Positions 34,066-46,571 of a stretch of DNA of 64,000 nucleotides are shown here, piece by piece; positions within the stretch are counted from its first letter, which is position 1, and each line of letters starts with the position of its first letter. The notes under the pieces are model-generated. The model searched no databases, was not told where the DNA came from, and worked only from the letters and a program-made list of their open reading frames with translations. The stretch is from an uncultured Actinomycetes bacterium (lineage in GTDB: Bacteria > Actinomycetota > Thermoleophilia > UBA2241). The DNA lies in the NCBI GenBank assembly GCA_963725665.1, contig CAVRZA010000002.1:96001-160000 (forward strand). Direction: 5' to 3'. A program made the position numbers and the translations under genes.

Positions 34066-35118
34066 ATGACAGCGGGAGCGCGAGACGCGGACCCCCGAGT
34101 CGCGTCGCCGAACGGCAAAGCGCTCGAGCTTGCGGCTCCGGCCAAGGTCAACCTCGGGCTGCTGGTCGGTCCCCTGCGCGGCGACGGGTTCCACGAGGTG
34201 TTCTCCCTCATGGTCCCTGTGAGCCTCGGCGACACGGTGAAGGTGGAACCGAGCTTGGGTGAGGGTCTCGTGGTCGAGTGCGACGTCGCTCCGGGAGAAG
34301 CCAACCTCGCCGCGCGCCTGGTGCGCGAGCTCGAGAGCCGGCTCCACAGGACCTTCGACGTGCGCGTGACCATCCGCAAGCGCGTGCCGGACGCCGCCGG
34401 GCTCGGCGGGGGCAGCTCCGACGCGGCGACCACGCTCATCGGTCTCGAGCGCCTCTTCAGGCTCGACCTGCAGCCGCACCTGCGCCATGAGGTCGCGGCG
34501 GCCGTCGGCTCCGACGTGCCCTTCTTCCTCTGGCCCGGGCCGCAGCTCGTCATGGGGAGAGGGCAGGTGCTGAAGGACGTCGTTGTGCCCGACCCACTCC
34601 ACCTCGTGATCGCGGTGCCCGACCTGGCGCTCTCGACGGCCGACGTCTACCGCTGGCGCGACGAGGCTCGTCTGCCCGACCTGCGCGAGTTCGCGCCGCG
34701 CACGGCACTCCTGACCTCGACGCTCTTCGCCGCGGCGGCGCCGCGTGATCTCATCCCATTGATCGTGAACGACCTCGAACCGGTCGTCGCGGTGCGCCAT
34801 CGCGTCGTCGCCGAGCTCAAGGAGGCCCTGCTCGGGCTGGGCGCCTTCGCCGCCGCCATGAGCGGCAGTGGACCGAGCGTGTACGGGCTTTTCGGCGACG
34901 AGGAGTCGGCGCGGGCGGCGCGGGGGTCGCTGCTGAGCGACCCCCGCGCCGCCCGCGGCTGCTTCTACGTCACCGACCTGCAGCCGAAGGAACAGGCGGC
35001 GCCGCGGCGTCGGTCGGCTCCCGGCGAGACACCCACGCGCGCGCCGCGCCCCCGGCCGGCGCGACCGCGGCAGAGCCGCGACCCGCGCCGGCGCCGGCCG
35101 CGGCGCGCCGGCCCGTGA
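34066..35118 (+). CDS. ispE: 4-diphosphocytidyl-2-C-methyl-D-erythritol kinase
   Basis: APAKVNLGL, AGLGGGSSDAA, GSDVPF, MSGSGPSV; Arg/Pro-rich C-terminal tail. Confidence 0.95.
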   Translation: MTAGARDADPRVASPNGKALELAAPAKVNLGLLVGPLRGDGFHEVFSLMVPVSLGDTVKVEPSLGEGLVVECDVAPGEANLAARLVRELESRLHRTFDVRVTIRKRVPDAAGLGGGSSDAATTLIGLERLFRLDLQPHLRHEVAAAVGSDVPFFLWPGPQLVMGRGQVLKDVVVPDPLHLVIAVPDLALSTADVYRWRDEARLPDLREFAPRTALLTSTLFAAAAPRDLIPLIVNDLEPVVAVRHRVVAELKEALLGLGAFAAAMSGSGPSVYGLFGDEESARAARGSLLSDPRAARGCFYVTDLQPKEQAAPRRRSAPGETPTRAPRPRPARPRQSRDPRRRRPRRAGP

Positions 35119-35183
35119 CCGCTGCGACACGGTGCGCGAGCACCGACGCGGCGTTCGTCGCTGAGCCTGCGCTGAGACAACGG

Positions 35184-35192
35184 TGATACACT
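35184..35192 (+). promoter_or_regulatory. Extended -10 promoter for tRNA-Gln/glmU
   Basis: TGaTACACT about 18 nt before the tRNA. Confidence 0.5.
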
Positions 35193-35209
35193 CGAGCGGC
35201 CGTGAGCGG

Positions 35210-35284
35210 TGGGGCGTAGCCAAGTGGTAAGGCAGCGGGTTTTGGTCCCGCCATCCGGAGGTTCGAATCCTCCCGCCCCAGCCA
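35210..35284 (+). tRNA. tRNA-Gln (anticodon TTG)
   Basis: TGGGGCG/CGCCCCA acceptor stem, GCGGG-TTTTGGT-CCCGC anticodon arm, GTTCGAATC T-loop, encoded CCA. Confidence 0.97.
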
Positions 35285-35336
35285 CCGCGAGCGCACTCGC
35301 ACCGCAGCGACCCACCATCACCGACCCGAGCAGGGG

Positions 35337-36791
35337 GTGACGATGACCGTTCCCCGAGATGAGACAACCAACGACCGGCAACCCGACCTGACGGACGAGT
35401 CGGCCGACCGGCCTCTCGCCGTGATCGTGCTTGCGGCTGGGCTCGGCACGCGCATGAAGTCCGATTTGCCCAAGCTGCTGCACCCCGTGTGCGGACGACC
35501 CATGCTTGCCTACGTACTCGGCGCCGTCGCCGACGTCGGGCCGGAGCGCACGGTGGTCGTCACGGCGCGGTCCCACGACGCGCTCGCCGCGATCCTCTCC
35601 GAGGGCGTGGAGCGGGCGATCCAGGACGAGCAGCGCGGCACCGGCGATGCCGCCGCTGCCGGCGTCGCGGCTCTCGGCGGTTTCGCCGGCGACGTCGTGG
35701 TGCTCAACGGCGACCATCCACTCACCACCGGTTCGTTCGTCGCCGGCCTCGTCGCGGCTCACCGCGCCAGCGGCGCACGCGCGACGCTCACCGCGCAGAC
35801 GTTCGATCCTGGCCACTATGGCAGGATCGTCCGCGACGAGAACGGCCGGCTCGCCGGCATCGTGGAGTACCGCGACGCGACGCCCGAGCAGCGCGCGATC
35901 GCCGAGACGAACGTCGGCGCCTATGTCTTCGCCGCCGACGCGCTTCGCGGCGCCCTCCCGCGTCTGCGCAGTGACAACGACCAGGGGGAGTACTACCTCA
36001 CCGACGTCATCGCGCTGCTGCTGGCCGACGGCGACGAGGTGGCGGTGTACCGCACCGAAGACCGCGGCGTGACCCGGGGCGTGAACTCGCGCGTGGAGCT
36101 CGCGTGGGTCGCGGCCGAGGTACGCCGCCGCCTGCTCGAGGAGCTCATGCTCTCGGGGGTCACGATCGTCGACCCCGAGAGCACCTACGTCGACTGGGGC
36201 GTCGAGGTCGGCCGCGACTCCGTGATCCAGCCCCAGACGCACCTGCTCGGGGCGACGAGGGTGGGTTCGGGCTGCGAGATCGGCCCCGGCAGCGTGTTGC
36301 GCGACGTCACCGTGGGCGACGGCGCCCGCGTGGTGCAGTCGCACGTGCTGGGGTGCGACGTGGGGCCGGGGGCGACGGTCGGACCTTTCAGCTACCTGCG
36401 CCCCGGCACCGTGCTCGACGACGGCACCAAGGCCGGGGCCTTCGTCGAGATCAAGAACAGCCACGTCGGCCGGGGCAGCAAGGTGCCTCACCTGAGCTAC
36501 ATCGGCGACACCGAGATCGGCGCCGGCACGAACATCGGCGCCGGCACGATCACGGCCAACTACGACGGCTACCGCAAGCACCGCACCACGATCGGCGACG
36601 GCGTGCGCACGGGGAGCGACACCTGCCTCGTCGCCCCGGTCACGGTCGGGGACGACGCCTACACCGGCGCCGGCTCGGTGATAACCAAGGACGTGCCGGC
36701 CGGGGCGCTCGGCATCGCCCGCGAGCGGCAGCAGAACATCGAGGGCTACGCCGAGCGGCGGCGCCGGGAGAATGAGGGGCAGGCGCCCTGA
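35337..36791 (+). CDS. glmU: Bifunctional UDP-GlcNAc pyrophosphorylase / GlcN-1-P acetyltransferase
   Basis: LAAGLGTRMKS, GEYYLTD, hexapeptide repeats, HLSYIGD, NYDG. Confidence 0.97.
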   Translation: MTMTVPRDETTNDRQPDLTDESADRPLAVIVLAAGLGTRMKSDLPKLLHPVCGRPMLAYVLGAVADVGPERTVVVTARSHDALAAILSEGVERAIQDEQRGTGDAAAAGVAALGGFAGDVVVLNGDHPLTTGSFVAGLVAAHRASGARATLTAQTFDPGHYGRIVRDENGRLAGIVEYRDATPEQRAIAETNVGAYVFAADALRGALPRLRSDNDQGEYYLTDVIALLLADGDEVAVYRTEDRGVTRGVNSRVELAWVAAEVRRRLLEELMLSGVTIVDPESTYVDWGVEVGRDSVIQPQTHLLGATRVGSGCEIGPGSVLRDVTVGDGARVVQSHVLGCDVGPGATVGPFSYLRPGTVLDDGTKAGAFVEIKNSHVGRGSKVPHLSYIGDTEIGAGTNIGAGTITANYDGYRKHRTTIGDGVRTGSDTCLVAPVTVGDDAYTGAGSVITKDVPAGALGIARERQQNIEGYAERRRRENEGQAP

Positions 36792-36858
36792 GCTCCTTCG
36801 GGAATCCGCCGTGAGCAGCGAGAAAAGCGCCTCCCGCGCACCTCGCGGCGCGATCGTC

Positions 36859-36867
36859 TGGTACAAT
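36859..36867 (+). promoter_or_regulatory. Extended -10 promoter upstream of prs
   Basis: TGgTACAAT. Confidence 0.55.
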
Positions 36868-36902
36868 GACGAGCCGCCATCCACGCGTGGGGAGCGAAGC
36901 AG

Positions 36903-37922
36903 ATGACCGTCACCGAGAGGACAGCCGTGCCAGCGTCGTGCGTCGTCGGGCCCTACCAGAAGCGTCTCATGGTCTTCTCGGGGCGCAGCAACCCGGAGCT
37001 CAGCCGGCGCATCGCCGAGAAGCTCGACGTCGCCCTCGGCGAAGTCACGATCAAGACGTTCGCCAACGGCGAGATCTACGCTCGCTACGGGGAGAGCATC
37101 CGCGGCGCCGACGTGTTCATCATCCAGTCGCCCTCGGGCGCCGGCGTGGTCAACGATCAGCTCATGGAGCTGCTGATCATGATCCAGGCGGCCAAGCTGG
37201 CCTCGGCCAAGCGCGTCACGGCCGTCATGCCCTACTACCCCTACTCCCGACAGGACAAGAAGAGCGCCGCGCGCGAGCCGATCGCGGCGCGCCTGGTCGC
37301 GACCCTGCTCGAGGCCGCGGGGATCGACCGCGTGCTCTCGATGGACCTCCATCAGGGACAGATCCAGGGCTTCTTCGAGACCCCCGTCGATCACATGACG
37401 GCGGTGCCCATGCTGGCCGACTACTTCCGCTTCAAGGGCTTCGGCGACCGCAAGCTGGTGGCCGTCTCGGCCGACGCCGGCGGGGTCAAGCTGGCGAGGC
37501 GCTTCGCCAGCCGCGTGGGCGGCGACCTGGCGGTGCTGACCAAGATGCGCCCCGAGCACAACCTCGCCGAGAACCTGCACTTCATCGGCGACGTCGACGG
37601 CGCGATCGCCGTCGTCGTCGACGACATGATCGACACCGCGGGCTCGGTGGTGGGCGCGGTGCAGACCCTCTACGAGAACGGGGCCGCCGAGGTCTACGTG
37701 ACGGCCACGCACGCCCTCTTCTCGGGACCGGCGTTCGAGCGTATCCGCGAGTCGCCCGTCAAAGAGGTCGTCGTCACCGACACGGTGCCCGTGCGCCCCG
37801 GCCCCCAGGACACCAAGGTGAAGGTCCTCTCGGTGGCCGATATCCTTGCCAACACCATCCGCAACGTCTTCGACGACGAGTCGGTGAGCGAGCTGTTCGC
37901 CGGCGAGAACGCGCTGTTCTAG
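36903..37922 (+). CDS. prs: Ribose-phosphate pyrophosphokinase
   Basis: FANGE, YSRQDKK, DLH..QIQGFF, VVDDMIDTAGS. Confidence 0.97.
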   Translation: MTVTERTAVPASCVVGPYQKRLMVFSGRSNPELSRRIAEKLDVALGEVTIKTFANGEIYARYGESIRGADVFIIQSPSGAGVVNDQLMELLIMIQAAKLASAKRVTAVMPYYPYSRQDKKSAAREPIAARLVATLLEAAGIDRVLSMDLHQGQIQGFFETPVDHMTAVPMLADYFRFKGFGDRKLVAVSADAGGVKLARRFASRVGGDLAVLTKMRPEHNLAENLHFIGDVDGAIAVVVDDMIDTAGSVVGAVQTLYENGAAEVYVTATHALFSGPAFERIRESPVKEVVVTDTVPVRPGPQDTKVKVLSVADILANTIRNVFDDESVSELFAGENALF

Positions 37923-37941
37923 ACCCGAGGGAGAGCTACCG

Positions 37942-38607
37942 ATGGAGCGAGTGAAGCTCGAAGTGAGACCACGCCCCGACGTGGGGACCAGGCCGTCGCG
38001 GCGGCTGCGCAAGCAGGGGCTCATCCCCGGCGTCCTGTACGGATCGGGCAAGGACGCCCAGCCGTTCGCCGTCGACGGGCGCCACCTGCGTGAGGCGCTC
38101 AGCACCGACGCCGGACTGCACGCCATCCTCGATGTGACCTTCGAGGGCAAGCGGCGCCCGCACATCGCCATCCTCAAGGACCACCAGCTCGACGCCGTGC
38201 GCCACGTCGTCACGCACGTCGACCTGCAGGAGATCCGCCTCGACGAGCCGATCGACTCGACGGTGACGATCGTCGTAGAGGGCACCTCGGTGGGTGTGAA
38301 GCAGGGCGGCCTGCTCGACATGCTGACTCACGAGGTGGCCGTGCAAGGCCTTCCCGCGGACATCCCCGAGCACGTGACGCTCGACGTGACGCCGCTGGGT
38401 ATCGGTGATCACGGCCGCGTGGCCGACCTTGTCGTGCCCGAGAACGTCACGGTCCTCGACGACCCGGAGCACGTCGTCTGTTCGATCCTCGCTCCGAGAG
38501 TGGTCGAGGAGGAGGTCGTCGAGGAGGCGGCCGCCGAGATCGCTGCCGCCGAGCCTGGTCTGGTCGGCGAGGAGGCCGGTGCGGCGCCGGAGCAGGGCGA
38601 GGAGTGA
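37942..38607 (+). CDS. rplY: 50S ribosomal protein L25 / Ctc
   Basis: RRLRKQGLIPGVLYG, HVDL, GVKQGG, acidic tail; sits between prs and pth. Confidence 0.95.
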   Translation: MERVKLEVRPRPDVGTRPSRRLRKQGLIPGVLYGSGKDAQPFAVDGRHLREALSTDAGLHAILDVTFEGKRRPHIAILKDHQLDAVRHVVTHVDLQEIRLDEPIDSTVTIVVEGTSVGVKQGGLLDMLTHEVAVQGLPADIPEHVTLDVTPLGIGDHGRVADLVVPENVTVLDDPEHVVCSILAPRVVEEEVVEEAAAEIAAAEPGLVGEEAGAAPEQGEE

Positions 38608-38622
38608 TCCGCACCCGCCACC

Positions 38623-39234
38623 GTGTCGTTTCGCGCACAGCCTGAGCGGGTCGACTACCTGATCGTGGGGCTGGGCAATCCCGGCCCCGAATACTCCGGC
38701 AACCGGCACAACGTCGGCTACCTGGTGGTCGACGAGCTGGCGCGCCGCCATCGTTACGGCAGGGCGAAGCGAGGTTACAAGGGGCGCTACGCCGCCGGGA
38801 CGATCGCCGGGCGCCCGGTCGGGATGCTCGTGCCCACGACCTTCATGAACAACGCCGGCGCCAGCGTGGCGGCGGCCTTGCGCGGGTCCAGCCTCGAGCC
38901 CGACCGCCTGCTGGTCGTCCACGATGAGATCGACCTGCCTTTCGGCGAGCTGCGCCTCCGCTTCGACGGTGGCCACGGGGGCCACAACGGTCTGCGCAGC
39001 GTGGTGGGCCTCGTCGGCAGCGACTTCCACCGCCTGCGCGTGGGTGTCGGCCGTCCCGACAGCCGCGACCCGGAGGTGGTCGCCGAGTGGGTGCTGCACG
39101 ACTTCGCAGAGCCGCGCGACGAAGTGGAGGTCCTGGTCGGCAGGGCGGCCGACGCCGCCAGCGTCTGGATCGAGCGCGGCATCCAGGCGGCCATGAACGA
39201 GTTCAACGGGAGCGGCGGACCAGCAGCGGGCTAG
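38623..39234 (+). CDS. pth: Peptidyl-tRNA hydrolase
   Basis: LIVGLGNPG, RHNVG, TFMN, HDEID, GGHNGL. Confidence 0.97.
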   Translation: MSFRAQPERVDYLIVGLGNPGPEYSGNRHNVGYLVVDELARRHRYGRAKRGYKGRYAAGTIAGRPVGMLVPTTFMNNAGASVAAALRGSSLEPDRLLVVHDEIDLPFGELRLRFDGGHGGHNGLRSVVGLVGSDFHRLRVGVGRPDSRDPEVVAEWVLHDFAEPRDEVEVLVGRAADAASVWIERGIQAAMNEFNGSGGPAAG

Positions 39235-39424
39235 CGATTCGCGTTCCGGGGCTGGGATCAGGCCGTGCGGCCGGCGGCGATGCCGACCTGACGGCAGGCG
39301 ACAGCGCTCGCCGCCGTTCTCCCCCGGGGGTACAATCCGTCGCGACCCCGCCGCCTTTCGACGGCGGGGCTTTCGGCGTGCCGTTCGCCGGTCGTCGTGA
39401 CCGTCTGGCAGGGCGGATGCACTG

Positions 39425-42400
39425 TTGCTGCTCGAGTATCTGAAAGCAGACGAACGCTTCCGTGTGGTCGCGGCCAAGCTGCGCCGCGGGCAGTCGGTCT
39501 ACGCCCCGACATCGTTCGCGCCCTACCTCGTTGCGGGTCTGCTCACAGAGATCGAGGCTCCGGGATGGCTCCTCGTCGCGCCCGACTCCGAGGCGGCCGT
39601 GCGGCTGTCGGCCGAACTGGGCGTCTACCTGGGGCGCGAGCCGGCGACGCTGCCGGCGCGCGGCGTGCTCTACGGAGCAGACGTCGCGCCGGCAGCGCAC
39701 ATCGTCGGCGAGCGCCAGCGGGCGCTGCTTGCGCTCGAGCGGGGCGACGTCGTCGTGGCCGACGCCGTCGCCCTGCTCGAGCGCTTCGTGCCTTTCGCCC
39801 TGCAGCCGGCCCCGCTGCGTCTCGCAGCCGGCGAGGACATTCCCTTCGACGGCGTCCTCGCCGCGCTCGCCGCCCTGGGCTACGAGCGTGAGGAACAGGT
39901 GCGCGAGCGCGGCTACTTCGCCGTGCGCGGCGGTATCGTCGACGTCTACCCGTCGACCGGCGACCCCCTGCGTCTCGAGTTCTGGGGCGATCGGCTCGAG
40001 TCGCTGCGCCACTTCTCCGTCTTCTCGCAGCGCACCGTCTCCGAGGTCTCGGTGGCCGACATCTACGCCGCCACCGAGGTCGACAAGCGCGACCGGGAGT
40101 ACGGCGCAGTGGTGCACCAGGAGCTGGCCGGCTGGGAGCTCGCCGGCCGCGAAGAGGCGCCCGACGAGGCCTTCAGGCGCGCCGAGGCGCGCGCCCTGGG
40201 CGCCCTGGCCGACCGCTTCACGACGGTCGGCGAGCTCCTTTCGGCCGGCGGTCAGCGGACCTTGGTCTACGCGCCCGACGAGACCTACCGCGCGCTCGCG
40301 GGCTTCGATGCCGAGGTCGCGGAGCTGCTCGGCGGCGAAGCCCGCGAGCGCTTCTATCTGCCGCTGCTCGAGGTGCGCCACCTGCTCTCGGACGCGATAC
40401 AGCTCGACGTCGTGCAGCGCGACCAGCGCTGGCAGTTCCAGGCGTCGCGCCCGCAGACGGCGGCGCGCGACATCGGGGAGGCCGAGCGCGACCTCTCGCG
40501 TCTCGTGCGCGACGGTTACCGCACCGTGGTCGTCTTCCGTCACCCCGGCGAGGCCACACGCGCCACCTTCCGTCTCAAGACGCTCAGCGCCGAGGTGCTC
40601 GAGCCCGGCGTGCCGGCGCCTGAGGAGCCCGGCCTCTACTTCGCCGCTGCCCCTCTGCGGGAGGGCTTCGTCTCGGCGGAGCTCAAGCTCGCCGTCCTGG
40701 GCGAGCGCGCGCTGGTACGCGCCGCTCGTCCCGAGCGGCGCTTCGTCGTCGGCGCTCGCCTGCAGAGCTTCTTCGACCTGCGTCCCGGCGACTACGTGGT
40801 GCACGAGGACCACGGCATCGCCCGCTTCGCCGGCATCGAGACGCGCACGGTGGCGAGCGTCACGCGCGACTACCTCTTCCTGCACTTCAAGGGCGAGGAC
40901 AGGCTTTTCGTGCCGCACGACCAGATGTCCAAGGTGACGCGCTACATCGGCGCGAGCGGCGCCGCCCCGGCGCTCAACCACCTGGGCGGCGCCGCCTGGC
41001 AGACAGTCAAGACGCGCGCCCGCAAAGCCGTCGTCGAGATGGCCGGTGAGCTGCTGACCCTCTACGCCTCCCGGCAAGCCGTCCCCGGCTTCGCCTTCCC
41101 CTCCGATGCCGAGCTCATGCGTAGACTCGAGGAGCGCTTCCCCTTCGAGGAGACCGAGGACCAGGCCGAGACGATCGACGACGTGAAGAACGACATGGAG
41201 GCGGCGCACCCCATGGACCGCCTGGTCTGCGGCGACGTCGGGTACGGCAAGACCGAGGTCGCCGTGCGCGCCGCGTTCAAGGCCGCCGAAGCCGGCAAGC
41301 AGACGCTCATGCTGGCCCCGACGACGATCCTCGCCGAGCAGCATTACCTCACCTTCAGCGAGCGCTTCGGCGACCTGCCGGTCAGCGTCGAGATGGTCTC
41401 GCGCTTCCGCAGCGCCCCCGAACAGCGACGCATCCTGGGGGAGTTCAAGGCGGGCAAGGTCGACGTGCTCATCGGCACGCACCGCCTGCTGAGTCGCGAC
41501 GTGGCGCCCAGGGACCTCGGCCTCGTGATCGTCGACGAAGAGCAGCGCTTCGGCGTGCGTCAAAAAGAGTGGTTGCGCAATCTCAAGCTGCAGGTCGACG
41601 TCGTGAGCCTCTCCGCCACACCCATACCGCGCACGCTGCAGATGTCGCTCACCGGCATCCGCGACATCTCGGTCATCGAGACGCCGCCGCGTGGACGGCA
41701 CGAGATCCGCACCTATATCGGTGAGTACCGCGACGACCTCGTGCGCTTGGCGATCGAGAAGGAGCTGGCGCGCAGGGGCCAGGCCTTCTACTTGCACAAC
41801 CGGGTGGAGACGATCGAGGAGGCGGCCGAGCACGTACGCGAACTCGCGCCGCAGGCGAGAGTGCGCGTGGCTCACGGGCAGATGCAGGAACGCGAGCTCG
41901 AGCAGGTCATGCTCGGCTTTCTCGCCGGCGAGGCCGATGTGCTCGTCACCACCTCGATCATCGAGAGCGGCATCGACATCCCCACCGTCAACACGCTGAT
42001 CGTAGAACGCGCCGACCTCCTGGGCCTGGCGCAGCTCTACCAGATCCGCGGTCGCATCGGGCGCAGCGACGAGTACGCCTACGCCTACCTGCTCTACCCG
42101 GGCGAGGACTTCCTGACCCAGGAGGCGGCGGCGAGGCTGCGTACGCTCTCCGATCACACCGAGCTGGGCTCCGGCTTCAAGATCGCCATGCGCGACCTCG
42201 AGATCCGCGGCGCCGGCAACCTGCTCGGCGACGAGCAGTCGGGGCACGTGGCGGCCATCGGCTTCGAGATGTACGCGCAGCTCCTCGACGAGGCCGTCGC
42301 CGAGCTGCGCGACGAGCCTCCGCCGGTGCTCCCGAGCGTGCGCGTCGAGATCCCCGTCACCGCCTACGTGCCGCCCGAGTACGTGCCCTACGAGGCGACC

Positions 42401-42784
42401 AAGATCGACGTCCACAAGCGCATTTCGTCGGCGACGTCGATTGCGGCGCTGGCTGAGGTGCGCGCCGAGCTGACCGACCGCTTCGGTCCGCCGCCCGAGC
42501 CGGTCGATGCCCTGCTACGCCTGCAAGCCGTGCGCATCAAGGCGCAGGAGCTGGGCGCCGGCGCCGTCGTCATTCGTGGTGGGCGGCTGCGGGTCGAAGG
42601 TCTCGCTCTCGACGACGCGTGGGCGGCGCGCGTGCGCGCCGCCGATGAGCGCGTCGTCTACTTCAAGCAACGGGCAACCCTGAGCGCCCATGCCGCGCCG
42701 GGCGTCCCTTCATCGCCTCTGTGGGCTGAGGCGGTGCTCGATGGTATAATCACTGCTCGCGTTGGAAACCCCGACACCCCCTGA
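39425..42784 (+). CDS. mfd: Transcription-repair coupling factor
   Basis: AVRGGIVD, GDYVVH.DHG, GDVGYGKTEVA, DEEQRFG, QIRGRIGR, DLEIRGAGNLLG. Confidence 0.97.
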   Translation: MLLEYLKADERFRVVAAKLRRGQSVYAPTSFAPYLVAGLLTEIEAPGWLLVAPDSEAAVRLSAELGVYLGREPATLPARGVLYGADVAPAAHIVGERQRALLALERGDVVVADAVALLERFVPFALQPAPLRLAAGEDIPFDGVLAALAALGYEREEQVRERGYFAVRGGIVDVYPSTGDPLRLEFWGDRLESLRHFSVFSQRTVSEVSVADIYAATEVDKRDREYGAVVHQELAGWELAGREEAPDEAFRRAEARALGALADRFTTVGELLSAGGQRTLVYAPDETYRALAGFDAEVAELLGGEARERFYLPLLEVRHLLSDAIQLDVVQRDQRWQFQASRPQTAARDIGEAERDLSRLVRDGYRTVVVFRHPGEATRATFRLKTLSAEVLEPGVPAPEEPGLYFAAAPLREGFVSAELKLAVLGERALVRAARPERRFVVGARLQSFFDLRPGDYVVHEDHGIARFAGIETRTVASVTRDYLFLHFKGEDRLFVPHDQMSKVTRYIGASGAAPALNHLGGAAWQTVKTRARKAVVEMAGELLTLYASRQAVPGFAFPSDAELMRRLEERFPFEETEDQAETIDDVKNDMEAAHPMDRLVCGDVGYGKTEVAVRAAFKAAEAGKQTLMLAPTTILAEQHYLTFSERFGDLPVSVEMVSRFRSAPEQRRILGEFKAGKVDVLIGTHRLLSRDVAPRDLGLVIVDEEQRFGVRQKEWLRNLKLQVDVVSLSATPIPRTLQMSLTGIRDISVIETPPRGRHEIRTYIGEYRDDLVRLAIEKELARRGQAFYLHNRVETIEEAAEHVRELAPQARVRVAHGQMQERELEQVMLGFLAGEADVLVTTSIIESGIDIPTVNTLIVERADLLGLAQLYQIRGRIGRSDEYAYAYLLYPGEDFLTQEAAARLRTLSDHTELGSGFKIAMRDLEIRGAGNLLGDEQSGHVAAIGFEMYAQLLDEAVAELRDEPPPVLPSVRVEIPVTAYVPPEYVPYEATKIDVHKRISSATSIAALAEVRAELTDRFGPPPEPVDALLRLQAVRIKAQELGAGAVVIRGGRLRVEGLALDDAWAARVRAADERVVYFKQRATLSAHAAPGVPSSPLWAEAVLDGIITARVGNPDTP
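42742..42750 (+). promoter_or_regulatory. Extended -10 promoter (inside mfd 3' end) for the PPIase gene
   Basis: Perfect TGgTATAAT; SD GAGGA before ATG 42797. Confidence 0.6.
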
Positions 42785-42796
42785 GAGAGGACCCCG

Positions 42797-43804
42797 ATGA
42801 AGAGACTCGTTCTGGTCATGGCTGCGGCCACGCTGCTGCTGGTCCCGCTGGTGGCCGGCTGCGGTCAGAGTATGCCCTCAGGCGCGATCGCCACGGTCGG
42901 GGACGCGGCAGTGACCCAGCAGCAGTTCGATGAGATCGTCGACATCTCCAAGAAGCAGGCGGCCAGCGCGGCGAGCCCGCAGCCGTTCCCCAGCCCCGGC
43001 ACGCAGCAGTACAACTACTTCTCCGCCCAAGTGGTCAACATGCTGGTCAACCAGGAGCTCATGAAACAGCAGGCCGCCAAGCTCAACGTGTCGGTGACCG
43101 ACAAGCAGCTCAACGACAAGATCAAGCAGTACGAGAAGCAGTTCGGGGGCGCGAAGAAGTTCCAGACGTACATCGAGAAGCAGGGCATGACGATGGAGTT
43201 CGCCAGGACCCTCATCAAGAACCAGATCCTCACCCAGGCCATCTACGACAAGGTGACCTCGGCCGCGGCCGTGACCGATGCCGATATGAAGGCCTACTGG
43301 AAGCAGCACAACGACAGCTTCCAGCAGAAGCCAACGCGGACGGTGCGCCATATCCTGGTGAAGTCCAAGGCCCAGGCCGACATGGTACGCGCGCTGCTCG
43401 CGGCCGATCCCAGCAACGCCAACTGGAACAAGGTCGCCAAGAAGTACTCCACCGACCCGGGCACCAAGTCTACGGGCGGCAACTTGGGCCCCATCAGTCA
43501 GGGCATGATGGTCGCGGCCTTCGACAAGGCGGCCTTCTCGCTCAAGAAGGACGTCATCTCGGTGCCGGTCAAGACGCAATACGGCTGGCACGTCCTCGAG
43601 GTGACGGCCATCACGCCGGGTAAGACGGTCACCTACGACCAGTCCAAGACGCAGATCAAGCAGATGCTGCAGGCGCAAAGCAAGCAGACCTCCTGGACGA
43701 AGTGGCTCGACGGGGTCACCAAGGCGGCGAACATCAAGTACGCCAGCGGTTTCGATCCCGCCAAGCTCACGGCGCCGGCGTCTCCGCAACCGAGCGCGAG
43801 CTGA
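42797..43804 (+). CDS. PrsA/SurA-like peptidyl-prolyl isomerase lipoprotein
   Basis: Lipobox VAGC; parvulin motifs VRHILV, YSTD, GG.LG, F..AAF, GWHV. Confidence 0.92.
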   Translation: MKRLVLVMAAATLLLVPLVAGCGQSMPSGAIATVGDAAVTQQQFDEIVDISKKQAASAASPQPFPSPGTQQYNYFSAQVVNMLVNQELMKQQAAKLNVSVTDKQLNDKIKQYEKQFGGAKKFQTYIEKQGMTMEFARTLIKNQILTQAIYDKVTSAAAVTDADMKAYWKQHNDSFQQKPTRTVRHILVKSKAQADMVRALLAADPSNANWNKVAKKYSTDPGTKSTGGNLGPISQGMMVAAFDKAAFSLKKDVISVPVKTQYGWHVLEVTAITPGKTVTYDQSKTQIKQMLQAQSKQTSWTKWLDGVTKAANIKYASGFDPAKLTAPASPQPSAS

Positions 43805-43842
43805 CGCTTCATCGGGAGTCGGCCTCTCTTACGCGAACGAGA

Positions 43843-43881
43843 GGGCGGCGCCGCGTGGTGGTGAGCCACGCGGCGCCGCCC
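43843..43881 (+). terminator. Hairpin between the PPIase gene and mazG
   Basis: 16-bp stem GGGCGGCGCCGCGTGG-N7-CCACGCGGCGCCGCCC. Confidence 0.55.
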
Positions 43882-43889
43882 CAGACGAT

Positions 43890-46492
<2,603 letters not shown>

Positions 46493-46571
46493 GACGGCGG
46501 GCGGCACCCAAACGGGCCCCTTCCGACCACGACGATCCGGGCGCGGTGGCGCACCGGCAGGCGAAGAGAGA

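Noticed and set aside
39346-39374. Hairpin CCCCGCCG/CGGCGGGG after TACAAT in the mfd leader as a riboswitch
   Set aside because: A single simple stem with no recognisable aptamer motif; more likely a terminator or stabilising hairpin.
34965-42415. Very long antisense ORFs (34965-38321, 1118 aa; 39203-42415, 1070 aa) and similar ones such as 6900-8870 and 30486-32267
   Set aside because: Shadow frames opposite well-identified genes; strong GC3 bias removes stops on the complementary strand and the translations have no motifs.
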